64,000 nucleotides of DNA from Phaeosaccion multiseriatum. Its lineage: Eukaryota; Protista; Ochrophyta, other classes. The stretch lies in assembly GCA_965112735.1 (NCBI GenBank), contig OZ218950.1:6882001-6946000 (forward strand), read 5' to 3'. Under the pieces are notes generated by a model. It worked only from the letters and a program-made list of their open reading frames with translations, was not told the DNA's origin and did not search any database. The position numbers and the translations under genes were made by a program. Shown piece after piece: positions 39,229-51,300 of the stretch (its first letter is position 1; each line of letters begins with the position of its first letter).

Positions 39229-42097
39229 ATGGTCCTCGCCTTTGCTCTCGTAGGAGCAGCAGCAGGATCTGAGGCTGTCCGGGCCACTTGCGAGCGGCTC
39301 TACGAGCGAGTCTCGCGGGACGAGGGACAGAGGGGAATTGGCCAGCTCACGCGGGCGGAAGCCGTGCAAGGAGACCTCTACAACGCCGCTTGGACTATCG
39401 TGGAGGGCGCTGCGGCTGCCTCGGCTGCTGCTGCTTCTTTCGAGAAGTACAAGGAGCAGCAGGGTCTGGAGGAGCAGGCGGGGGACGAGGATGCCCACCA
39501 CAGCCCTGCCGACATGGTGCGATTGGAACATTTTATCGCGTCGAGCTGATGTCATGTGGGCCAAGAGCCTGGCGACCTTGCAGTTGCTGCGATGAGACAC
39601 CCTCACCCAAAGTTGAATGTGATCGCGAAGTGCTGATGACCCTCGCAACGAAATCCGGTGCTCGCCCCCCCCATGTGTGATGGGCCAGGTCGCGATTTTG
39701 ACGGGCTTCCCATGCTTAATGCAGCACACCCCTCCCACGGAGACGGATGGGCCTTTGGGGGCCTTCGCTATCGCTCGCGCTTGTGCGGCTCTGCAGAGGT
39801 AAGAGCATGGGATAGTCTACGATGGAGACTCAATTCCTCCTTCGAGCTAGCTGTTACCGGTACTTCTCCTCGAGCTGCTCCTCCTCCTACGGAGCTCTGC
39901 TGTGCCATCTGTCCACCCCCTCCATCGCTCTAGTCCTCTCCCTCTTGACACACCCACCCCACTCCACCCCCGCTGGTGCTGTGCAGGAGCGTGTGCATTC
40001 TGACAGACGAGGCGAACGAGCAAGTCCTGGTCGCTGCAGCCGCGGGGTGCGGCATCAGCGGTCGCCTGCTCTCTCTGGAGAGCTTCCCTGCTGAGCATGC
40101 TTTCACTGAGAGTGACCAAGCGAGGCTGACCGAGGTAAACCTGACCCTCTCTGGTCGGAAAAGTGGATTCCCTCCTTTCATCTCGCTGCTTGCTGCTGGT
40201 CTTGCCGCTTCCCCCCTCCCTGCCTCCAGATCGCGAGCCAATCATCCAACATCGTAACGGTAGAGAGACCGGGGCCGACCAAAGACGGGACGCCGAGGAC
40301 GATGAGGGGGCTGGACATGAGCAATGTGTGTGCTCCTCTGCACAGGATGCTGCTGGAGCCAGGCTCCTTGCAGGGAGGAGGAGAGGCTGTCGCTACCGCA
40401 GAGGGGGGAGGGGAAGGGGAAGTGGAAGGGGAGGAGAGTCTGGAGGGAGAAGATGAGGATACACGCGGAGAGGGGGGGAGCGCGAGTGGGCAGCAGGACC
40501 GCCCGAGAGGGAGAAAGAGGAAGTTGCCACGGAAGAGGGCAACGACAAGCATCGGCATCGGCGATGGAGGTGAGGGAGGCAGGCAGGCAGGAAGGGAGGG
40601 AGGGAGGGGGGAGGGAGGGAGGGAGGGAGGGAGGGAGGGAGGAGGGAGGGAGGGAGGGAGGGAGGAGTGGGGACAGTGGGAAAACGACTCGGTGAGGGGG
40701 CAACGAGAAAAAGAAACACTCGCGCCATGGCATGGGTTGCCATCTATCCATCATCGCCCTCCCTCGGTATGCCTGTCTGCCCCCCTACTCCTCTTCTATG
40801 CCGCACCTCACCTCTTTGGCTCTCTTTTCCTTTCTCTCTCTCTGCCTGCCTCCCTCTCTCTTTCTCTCTCTCTGTTTCTCTCTCTCTGTCTCTCTCTCTC
40901 TCTTTCCCTTCTGTCTTTCTCTCTCTCTCTGTTGTGGTGCCTACCTCTGGTCCGTCTCTGCTGTCGTACCATCTGGTGCCATCTCCCGCTCGCCCCTCGC
41001 CACTCCAGGGAACGAAATCGGAATGGGCAAGGTGCGCATGCATCAGCTTGAGGCCTACCTTAAGAGGGGAAGGGGTGGCTGGGCTGGCTGTGTGTGGGGG
41101 TCCGCTCTCATCTGCGATCAACCGTCTACTGCCATCTACCACCATCTGTACCATCTAGTAATATCTGATACCCCTAGCATCTCATTCTCGCCACTATACA
41201 CTGCCACTGTATTACCAGCTGCTACTGCTACAACCGCTGCTGTATCACCAACTGCCCACTATCACCCTCCTCCCCCGTCCTTTCCCCGACTGACCTCGAC
41301 TCACATCGACTCACCTCGGCCCGCTGCCCTCTGCCCTCTTCCCTCCGCCTGAGCACTAGATCTACGAGGAGGTCGTCAACTGTGCGTCCATTCCGAGCAG
41401 CGCCGACATCGCCTGTACCACCCGCACAGACCACCTCATCGTGTCGAGCGTATCCAATTGGGGGGCGTATGCACTTGCTGCAGGCATGGTTGCGGTCGCC
41501 GCTGATCGGGGTGTCTACCCTTCGCTGTAAGTATAAAGGGCAGAGCAGAGAGACGACTGTTGCTAGTGGGTGTTTGATGCTCTTTCTTCCGTTATTGGGT
41601 TGCGTTGTGTTGGGTTGGGTTGGGTTGGGTTGGGTTGGGTTGGGTTGGGTTGGGTTGTGTGTTGTCTTGTCTTGTCTTGTGTTTGGGAGCGATGAGAGGT
41701 AGGGCAGTGATGACTGATCACTCTCGTGACTACTGACCCTCTCCGGCTCTTCCCTTACGCACCCTCGCACCCTCGCACTTCCATCACTCCATGACTCTGC
41801 ACTCTTCTCATCGCCCTTGTATCGCCTAACTCGCTCATTCCCGTTCTTTTTTGCTCGACCAGAGAGGCAGCGGCGGCAGCCATGCTCCCCTCTGCAGAGG
41901 AGGAGGAGCGTATGCTTGCCAGGATGGTACAAGCAGGGGCGAGGGACGGGGTCACGGGGGAGAACGCCATGACCGTGGATGGAATGGCGTTTCAGAAATC
42001 TCTGGACGTGCTGGACGACCTCCGCCAGATTTTGCTTGCTCCTGCCCCTGTTGGCACCGGCTCGGGCCCTGACCTTGAAGGCCAGGAGGCGAGCTGA
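39229..42097 (+). CDS. DGLUCY: D-glutamate cyclase family protein (DUF4392); multi-exon
   Basis: 'RDEGQRGI', 'ILTGFPC...ETDGPLGA', 'VERPGP..DG...TMRG', 'SIGIGDG|GNEIGMGKV', 'LIVSSVSNWGAYAL', 'GARDGVT...TVDG'. Confidence 0.9.
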
Positions 42098-42098
42098 G

Positions 42099-42161
42099 CT
42101 GACGAGGGACTGACGAGGCACTGACGAGGCACTGACGAGGCACTGACGAGGCACTGACGAG
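42099..42161. repeat. 11-bp tandem repeat (CTGACGAGGCA) x ~6 right after the DGLUCY stop
   Basis: Direct reading. Confidence 0.9.
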
Positions 42162-42649
42162 TAGAGAAAAAGGTTCCATAGAGGAGAGAGCAACTCTTGT
42201 CTCTTTGGAGACTTCTTAATTTTAGAGAAAGAGTAAGGCCTTTGTTCTCCTAGAATGCGCCTTACTAAAATAAGTGTTTTAAAAATGAGGAATGGGCAGA
42301 AACGTGTCTTACTAAACGTTTCGAAATGTCAGTATATATTCTGACGATTACGTACTGGTACTTACTGTCTGTCCCCGCTTCCAGAGCGACGAGAGCAGCC
42401 CGTACTTCCTTCCTTCCCCAATCGGTCAAGACCGTGGACCGTAGCCCGCTCCCCACCCTGGTTAAGGCTCATCGGCAACTTACATACCACAGGCGTGACC
42501 CGTCAACACCCCCCCCAACTCCTCTCCCACCCCTTTGAGTCCATCTCGGGCCGCACACGCCCTCGACTTACGCACGCACACATACGCGCAAACACACACG
42601 CACGCACACACGCACATACATACACACACGTCCTCGCTCAGACAGGTGC

Positions 42650-42834
42650 TCAGGTCCTGTCTTTGAGGATGGTCTGTACGCTGTTGATGGTGGCCCTGTT
42701 GCCGTTCGTCTGTTCGTCAAGGTAGCGCATCCGTTCCACAAGCTCCTGCTGCCTCCTGCGGTCGTGGTGAGCCTCAGCTTCCTCCTGCTCCTGGGCTATG
42801 TTCATGAGCTCGCCGTAGCGTCGAGAGGGCTGCC

Positions 42835-42875
<41 letters not shown>

Positions 42876-45634
42876 AGGGGGAGGGAGGGAAGGAGGGAGG
42901 GGGAGAGGGAGAGGGAGGGAGGGAGGGAGGGAGGGAAGGAGGGAAGGAGGGAGGGAGGGAGGGAGGGAGGGAGGGAGGGAGGGAGGGAGGGAGGGAGGGA
43001 GGGAGGGAGGGAGGGAGGGAGGGAGGGAGGGAGGGAGGGAGGAGGGGAGAGCACACCAGACATGAGCGAAGCAAAGCAAAACAATAAGAGAGAGGAGGGG
43101 GCAAGGGAACGGGACTCGCTAGCACCCAGGGAAAGGGACTCACCGCGTACACCACAGCCTCCATTAGCACTCGCCTGCCGAGAAGGAGAAGAAGGAAGGA
43201 AGGAAGGAAGGAAGGAAGGAAGGAAGGAAGGAGGGAAGGAGGGAAGGAAGGAAGGAAGGAAGGAGGGAAGGAAAGAAGGAAGGAAGGAAGGAAGGAAGGA
43301 AGGAAGGAAGGAAGGAAGGAAGGAAGGAAGGAAGGAAGGAAGGAAGGAAGGAAGGAAGGAAGGGATGGAGGGAGGGAGGGAGGGAGGGAGGGAGGGAGGG
43401 AGGGAGGGAGGGAGGGAGGGAGGGAGGGAGGGAGGGAGGGAGGGATGGACGGAGGGGGGGATGAACGGGACAATGTTGAGGAGAAGAGCAGGTGGACAAG
43501 CGTGAGGAGGTGAGGAGGGGAGGACGGGTCGAGATGGACGGACGGACGGACAGACGGACAGACGGACCCGATTCCCCACACCTCTTCTCTATACAGCCTC
43601 GCAACCGCCGTACTGCCACTTGCTGTCAGCTTGCGCGTCACAACTGGCACAGGTCACACGTGGGCACAGTGGGCACAGGCACCTGGCACCCCGCTCTACC
43701 TCGCAGAAGAGACCCAAGCCACCTTCCCCTTCCCCTTCCTCTTCCCCTTCCCCTCCCCCCCCCCTCCAGATCCTCCCCTCACCTCCTCTCTCTCTCTCTC
43801 ACACACACACACAATTACGTAATTCTTAGGTTGACTCCCACAAGCTAACATACCCCCCCTCACCTTCTCTGCGAGTCCACAGTATGCTGTAACGCAGCCG
43901 CCCCCCCGCTCATCCCCCCCATTCCTTGCTCCACGATGAGCTGTCCTAGTGCCGTGCCAGTGCTGCTTGACTTATGTTGGGAGGAGGTTTTCTCCTTGAG
44001 GTGCCAAGAAACGCTATCGCCCAGACTTCCCAATTTCCTTAGGCCATGGCTGCCTTGTATAGTGGCAGAGGAGGAGGAGGAGGAAGAGGAGGGCCTTGAT
44101 GATGATGAAGATGATGAAGATGATGATGACTCCCTCCGTCCTTTAGTGTGGTGGCTCCGACGAAGGCCATTCCCGACACTCAGCCTGGGGAGGAGCGTGT
44201 TGACCCTGTCTCTCGCCTCTCCCTCTTCCTCTCCCTCCCCCTCTCCCTCCCCCTCCACCCCCCCCCCTCCCCCTCCCCTTCCCCTTCCTCCTCCCTCTCC
44301 CTCTCCCTCTCCCTCTCCCTCTCCCTCTCCCTCTCCCTCTCCCTCTCCCTCCTCCTCCTCCTCCTCCTCCTCCTCCTCCTCCTCCTCCTCCTCCTGCTCA
44401 TTCAGACGGGTGCCAGTTGTCTTGGCCTCATTGACAGGCAAGGAAGTATTTGTCTTCCTCCTTGCTGCGGAGTAGTGTTTGGTGTCCCTCCTGACCAAGG
44501 AGGTTACCGTGCCCTTCCTTAGGTACATGGTCTCCCTCCTCACCGGATAACCGTGCCCCCTATGTCCTCCTTGTCCTTCATGCCCCCACCCGTGATACCT
44601 GCGTTGATGGTCGCCCCTCCCCCCTCCTCCTCCTCCTGCTCCTCTTCCTCCCCCTCCTTCCTCTCCCGCTGTCCCTCTCATGCTGAGGGAGGGTAGAATG
44701 AGCCGCACAAAGTCGCCAAATGTGATCTCCTCAATGAGGGAGGCGTCGTGGTGTTCTTTACATGCCACGCGGATGATGTTCTTCACCTTCGCAAGGGGGG
44801 AGGGAGGGAGGGAGGGAGGGAGGGACGGAGGGACGGAGGGAGGGAGGGAGGGAGGGAGGGAGGGAGGGAGGGAGGGAGGGAGGGAGGGAGGGAGGGAGGG
44901 AGGGAGGGAGGGAGGGAGGGAGGGAGGGAGGGAGGGAGGGAGGGAGGGAGGGAGGGAGGGAGGGAGGGAGGGAGGGATAGAAGGAGGGAGGGAGGGAGGG
45001 AGGGAGGGAGGGAGGGAGGGAGGGAGGGAGGGAGGGAGGGAGGGAGGGAGGGAGGGAGGGAGGGAGGGAGGGAGGGAGGGAGGGAGGGAGGGAGGGAGGG
45101 AGGGAGGGAGGGAGGGAGGGAGGGAGGGAGGGAGGGAGGGAGGGAGGGAGGGAGGGAGGGAGGGAGGGAGGGAGGGAGGGAGGGAGGGAGGGAGGAGGGA
45201 GGGAGGGAGGGAGGGAGGGAGGGAGGGAGGGAGGGAGGGAGGACGAGACGGATGGTGAGGTACGTACGAAACGAGGAGGGAGGGAGGGAGGGAGGGAGGG
45301 AGGGAGGGAGGGAGAGAGAAAAAAGCCTCCCCCCGGAGAAACGAAGTCACTGCCTCATTGAGTCACTGACTCAGTAAAGTACGGGTTTACCTCGGAGAGG
45401 GTCCCAGCGATGCCCAGGGCGAGGAGGGGGTCTGCGAGCTCCTCCAGGCTAAGTAACGAGAGACAGGCATATGGGGCGGGCATATATTGGCAGGCACATG
45501 GGCAGGCAGGCGTCAGGAAGGTTGCCGGGGATGCGTAGAAAGCAACGGTAGCGCAATATCAAGGGTATGCTCCAAACGGACAGAGCCCTACCAGCCCATT
45601 GTAAGCCGCCTTTGGATCCATCTCTCTCTTCATG

Positions 45635-45680
<46 letters not shown>

Positions 45681-46103
45681 TGTGGGCCCCTACAGAAAGA
45701 GATAGAGCACCCTACCTACCTAATGGTTCCATTCTTGTCCAAGTCGATTGCGTCAAACCACTTCCTCAGCTCGTGCCTCTGCTCCATGGTGAAGGGGCTG
45801 CTATGACAGTGCCCTCCATCCTTCCCCGGGGGGTGCGCTTGGTGCTTGCTTATCCACCTAGCGGTCTCTCCGCTCACGCCGGTGAGAATTCTTGAGCCCC
45901 CTTGTGCTGCCACTTGGTGGGCCTTGTGACGGGCTCTCGCTCCGCCGTCTGCGACCCCGTGTGCCCCACCCCATTGATGATGATGATGATGATGGTGGTG
46001 GTCCTTATTCCTTCGACGGTACGCCGTGTGGTGCGCGTCAAAGCTCCAATCCTCGAGCGATTCCATGCCTTCCTCTGCTGTGAGGTACTGCTGCTGCTGC
46101 TCG

Positions 46104-46139
<36 letters not shown>

Positions 46140-47590
46140 ATCACCAACTGGTCCTTGTGCTGTCCTTGTTGTTGTGGTAAGGACTTGGGCCCATCCTGAC
46201 CGCGGGGCAGGCTCAGGGCCCCCAACGCACCTCCTCCTCTCTCCTTCCCCTCTTCCTTTGCCTTCGCCTCCTCCCCTCTTTCTGTCAGGCTTTGCCCTTC
46301 CCCCCTTGGTAATGATTCAGCCTCCTCCTCATCTCCCGCTCGGTCCTGCTCCGTATTGTCCAACCTACCGCTTACGCTCGAAGTGCTGAAGGATGAGCCC
46401 CCCCCCGAGCGGGCAGCAGGCGGCTCCGGAGGCATCTGAGGCAAAGTCACAGACGGCAGAACCACCGGAGGCACAATGTCTCTCAAAGTCTTCTCTCCCT
46501 CTTCTTCTTCTTCTTCCTCTTCTCCTCCTCCTCCTCCTCCTCCTCCTCCTCCCACCGGAAGCAGCCCACCAACGTTATGAAGCGAGGCATCACCAAGGGG
46601 AGAAGCAGAAAGAGAAGGAGAAGAGACTCGTGCCCCTTCTCCTGCCGCAATCAACGAGGCCTTTCTCTCTCGAAGGAGGAGGAGTCCCTCTGTCTCGGAC
46701 GCTATTCGCGAGAGTTCAATCGCAGACGGCTTCCTTGGCTGAACCCCACGAGCCGCACCATCGTTGTGATCACTCTCATCGCTCTTGACAATGGCGGTGG
46801 CGGTAGTGGATGGTTTCCTTGACGACACGCTTGAGCGGCGCTTCTTGGATATGGTGCTTCTCCGAGGCGGGGGGCTGAGGGCTGGCCCGTCTACAACGCC
46901 CCCCCCCCCCCCCCCCTGCTGCTGCTGCTGCTGCTGCTGCTGTCGCTGCCGCACTGTGGTCACTCGCCGCTTAACCATGGGAGCTGGAGTGGGGAAGCCA
47001 CCACCTCCCCCTCCTCCTCCTCCTCCTCCTCCTCCTCCTCCTCCTCCTCCTCCTCCTCCTCCTCCTCCTCCTCCTCCCCCTCCACCACCCCCACCACCGC
47101 CACCACCACCTCCTCCCCCTATCGCAGAGGTCGGCGCATCATGGTGCCGCTGCTCTATGCGATGCAGGAGACTGTGTGGTACTCCCGTGGAAGTAAAGGA
47201 AAGTGGTTTCCGCTCTTTGTCGCCCCCACCCCAATCTCCGCCTACGCTCCTTTTCCGAGATGGGGTGTTTGGGCTGAAGGCAGCGGTGTCAACCCCTCCT
47301 CCATCCCGCGTGCTGCGAACATTCAGTCCGGACCTGCTGCTTTGCCAGACGCTAGTGCTCGCTCCTGTTGCTCCTCCTCTTACTCCTGTTCCTGCTCCTG
47401 CTCCTGCTCTTACTCCTGCTCCTACTGCTGCCGCCGCCGCCGCTGCCGCTGTTGTGCTTGGCCCCAGCTGCCCGCCTATGGTGGCCAACCTTCGAAAGTG
47501 GAGCGGGCCTCCAGGAGGGGTGGCCCGAGTGGAGGTGAAGGGCATGCTTACTCGCTCCACAGGCCGGGCCTGTTTGGCCACTCCAGGCAT
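42650..47590 (-). CDS. Low-complexity protein containing an EF-hand pair; multi-exon, 5' end uncertain
   Basis: 'ELRKWFDAIDLDKNGTI|SLEELADPLLALG...|VKNIIR...EITFGDFVRLI'; terminal exon 'RRRQQELVERMRYLDEQ...KDRT*'. Confidence 0.7.
42836..43443. repeat. (GA)n, (GGAG)n and (GGAA)n polypurine tracts, intronic
   Basis: Direct reading. Confidence 0.95.
44795..45313. repeat. ~500-bp (GGAG)n tract, intronic
   Basis: Direct reading. Confidence 0.97.
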
Positions 47591-48377
47591 GGTGAAGACA
47601 ACACCAGCTCCCTCAGGCCGTGGTCCAAAACGAGGCTCACTTTTCGGGGCCTCTTTTCTTACTCAAGGGTGCAATCCTCTTCATTTCTCGCTCCATTCTC
47701 CTCCTATGCAATAGTCGACCTTGACAGTGGCTGTTGTCCATGTCTTCATGTCGCTGCAATAGGACCTTTTTTCTTCTTGTCCCTGCCTCTCGAATCATCG
47801 CATGACGTAGGTCTTCAAACCCAAAGGCTGCTCTGCCCGCTTTGCTGATATTGCCACTGGTTCACCTGCTGCTACTTCACTGCTCCTGCTCTTCTCACTA
47901 CCACCTGCCACGCTACGATACAGCCGTAGCGACTACTGCTAACTGCCGTGAGGTATCAGGGTCTCGACAGGGAGTTGGATGATAGAGAGACACCATAGCC
48001 TCCTCGATCCTAAAGCCTCAATCCTAAAGTACACGCGCCAGACCAGTGATCAGGGGAAATAAACAAGAGCAACGGCTTTCATGCTCGTGTAAATCTCTCA
48101 ACTTCGTAGTGTAAGGCTACAAGGAGGGGGGGAAAAAGAAATTCTGAAACTGTTCTTTTATTAACTTATGCACTGGTTGGCGTCATACGCTTTTTGCGGG
48201 AGCGTGGTTGCTTTAGCTCCCCTCGTAAATAAGCCCCGCTGCGACGGGGATGGAGGGAAGAGATGAAAGCACGATATCCTCCTGAGGAGGACATCCTGAG
48301 GAGGGAGAAGGAAGGAAAGTTCCTCCAAATTTTGGTCTTCAGACGGAAGCGAGGTGGCGGCGTTCGATACGATCGGG

Positions 48378-51300
48378 ATGGGGGAACGGTGGATGATAGG
48401 CGCGAGTATCAATATTTTTGGTAGCGTATGCATAAACTTGGGGACGAACCTCATGAAACTCAGTCACAATCGGCATTCGAGGAAGCAGCAGCAACAGGCG
48501 CCGCAGGAGGGCACCCTCGATGATATAGGAGCTGCTGATGCGGACCACTTGGGCAACGGTGTGGAGGCGGCGAGCGGAAACAGGGGCCGCAGCAGCACTA
48601 ATGATGGTGGCAGGAGAGAGAAGAGGAGGAGCTTCCACCACTACCCGCAGCAGCAACAGCAAGAGCATCTATGGCAGAAGGAGCAGCAGCCCGCGCAGCA
48701 AGGCGGCGCCGCGTCTCGTCAGCTCCGAAGCGGGTCTTCTCCTGGTGTGGCCTCGACCGACGCCTCGCCGGGTAGCGGTGGTGGTGTCGGCGGGCGACGG
48801 CCGGTGCGTGCTACGCTGCCTCTGCGTCGGACTCCGCTCGAGGAGGCAGCGGGCTCTGTGGAGCGCTGTAGAAGCTGCAGTGGGATTGGCGGGCTGGAGA
48901 CGAACTCAAACTCGGGCTCCGTCGGACGGTTGTGTGTGGAGTGCGGGTGGAGGACGAGTAGGAGTGAAGGCAGCAACAAAATCCCAAGCAGCCGGAGCAG
49001 CAGCAGCACCACCACCACCACTGCGTATGAGAGCAGAAGTCAATCAGCTAAGAATGGCGGCAGAAGGGCAGGAGCAGCTGGCACGGTTGGGGCTCTGAGT
49101 CGAGGTGGGAGAGGGTTCGGTGACATGTACGCAGACGACGACGGGGGGGGGGGGGGGGGGCTTACCCCATTCGATAGAGAGGGGCTTGACGAGGACAGCG
49201 AAGAGGAGGATAGCGAAGAGGACGAAGAGTCAGACGAGGCCGCCCAGGAGAAGAAGGCGCTTGTGGGGCTGAGGGGGCGAGGAGGACGAAGCGGGCATGT
49301 GGGAGCAGGCACAGGCACACGGGGAGGAGGAGGAGGAGGAGGAGGAGGAGGAGGAGGAGGAGGAGGAGGAGGAGGAGGAGGAGGAGGAGGAGGAGGAGGC
49401 TGGGGCACGCGGATACGCCCCTCTCAACCCCAACAACAACTGCAGCGCGGGGGGCGCTTAGCATTGCCTGGTAGCAGCAGCAGCAGCAGCAGCAGTAGTA
49501 GCATCGTCGGCAGCAACGGAGGAGGCGGCATGTCGAGCAGCGGCGGGGGGGGGGGTGGGCTCTCGAGCAGTGTGGTGTGGTACCTGGGTGCAGGATCGCT
49601 CGTGCTGGGCAGTCTCATGAACTTCGCCTCGATGGGCTTCGCTGCTCAGAGCCTGCTCGCCTGCCTGGGTAGCGTGCAGTTCGTCAGCAACGTCATCTTT
49701 GGGAAGGTGTGTGTGTGTGTGGGGTGTGTGTGTGTGTTTGGAGGTGCAGTACGATGCGTGTAGTCGGTGGGTGTGTGGGAGAGAGAGAGGAGGGTAGGAA
49801 AGGGAAGGAAGCCGAGGAATCTGTGGACCAAGCTTATTGACTTCATTATGTGTTGGTCTGCTTTGGTTTGCATCTTCCCCGCTGAAGTCCTCCGACTGCC
49901 GACGTCATAGCATTCTTCCCTTCCTGACCCCCTGTAAGTAATCTCCTTCTTCTCTATTGCCCTTCTTCTCTCGGGAATGTCATTCTCCCCGGAATGTCCT
50001 TCTCCTCTCATCTGCGTGCGACCCGCCAGGCGATTCTCCGGGAAGTGGTGACCCGGCGTATCGTGTTGGGGACCTTCACCATCATCGGTGGGAACCTCAT
50101 CACGATGCTCTTCTGTCCACGACAGGTGAGTTAGAGACATGCCAATAGGAGAGAGAGAGAGAGAGAGGGGAGAGACATGCCAATAGGAGAGAGAGATAGA
50201 GAGAGGAAGATGGAGAGGGGAGACACATGCCAATAGGAGAGAGAGATAAGAGAGAGAGAGGAAGATGGAGAGGGGAGACACATGCCAATAGGAGAGAGAG
50301 ATAAGAGAGAGAGGAAGATGGAGAGGGGAGACACATGCCAATAGGAGAGAGAGATAAGAGAGAGAGAGGAAGATGGAGAGGGGAGACACATGCCAATAGG
50401 AGAGAGAGATAGAGAGAGGAAGATGGAGAGGGGAGACACATGCCAATAGGAGAGAGAGATAAGAGAGAGAGAGGAAGATGGAGAGGGGAGACACATGCCA
50501 ATAGGAGAGAGAGATAAGAGAGAGAGGAAGATGGAGAGGGGAGACACATGCCAATAGGAGAGAGAGAGGAAGATGGAGAGGGGAGAGACAGAGAGGGGAG
50601 AGACAGAGAGAGACGCCCGAGAGACGCCCACACACCCACACACACATAGGGAGAGAGAAGCCAATGGAGAGGGAGAGAGAGAGAGGGAGATAGAGGCAGA
50701 CATGCATGCACATGCAAGAGGATGGCGATGGTGATGGTGCCCCTCCCTTGTGCCCCGAGACCCCCCCCCCTCGCCATCTCCTTGTGGTGGCCCCCTCGCA
50801 CACACACTTTCCTTTCCCTCATACTCTGCCGTACTATGTACTGACATGTCCCTTCCCCTCTCTCTCTCTCTCCGTATCTCCCTCTGCCCCTCTATATCTC
50901 CCTCTATCCCTCCATCCTTCTCTACTCTATGTGGTGAAACGGGGCATACATGTCGAAACGGCAAACCAATCCATCCTCCAATTTGCAAATGCCATCAAAA
51001 CCAAATCCCTGCCTTCCTTACCACAGGAGGATAACTTCAATGCCACTGAGCTACTCGGTTTCTACTCCGACCTTCCCTATCAGCTCCTTCTGGCGGGAGA
51101 GGGTGCCGCCGCCCTCCTCCTGCACGGAGTCTACGTCCGTTACGAGCAGGTAGGTGTCAGCTTCCTCTCTCTCTCCCTCTCACCTTCTCTCTCTCTGCAA
51201 GCTGCTTTGTCTCTATCTATCTTTCTTCCCATGTCTCTCTTTCGCTCTCTTTTCTAATGCTCTGTCCCATCTCTCTCTTCTATCTGTCTCTATCTATGAT

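Noticed and set aside
39588-39640. Possible box C/D snoRNA in the first DGLUCY intron
   Set aside because: Imperfect C box (CGATGA), only ~50 nt to CTGA, no terminal stem and no rRNA complementarity I can identify.
42099-42170. Hammerhead ribozyme core (CTGACGA)
   Set aside because: Simple 11-bp tandem repeat; no stem II or correctly placed GAAA with flanking helices.
50133-50590. CRISPR-like repeat/spacer pattern
   Set aside because: The intervening sequence is only variable-length GA repeat, so it is a minisatellite.
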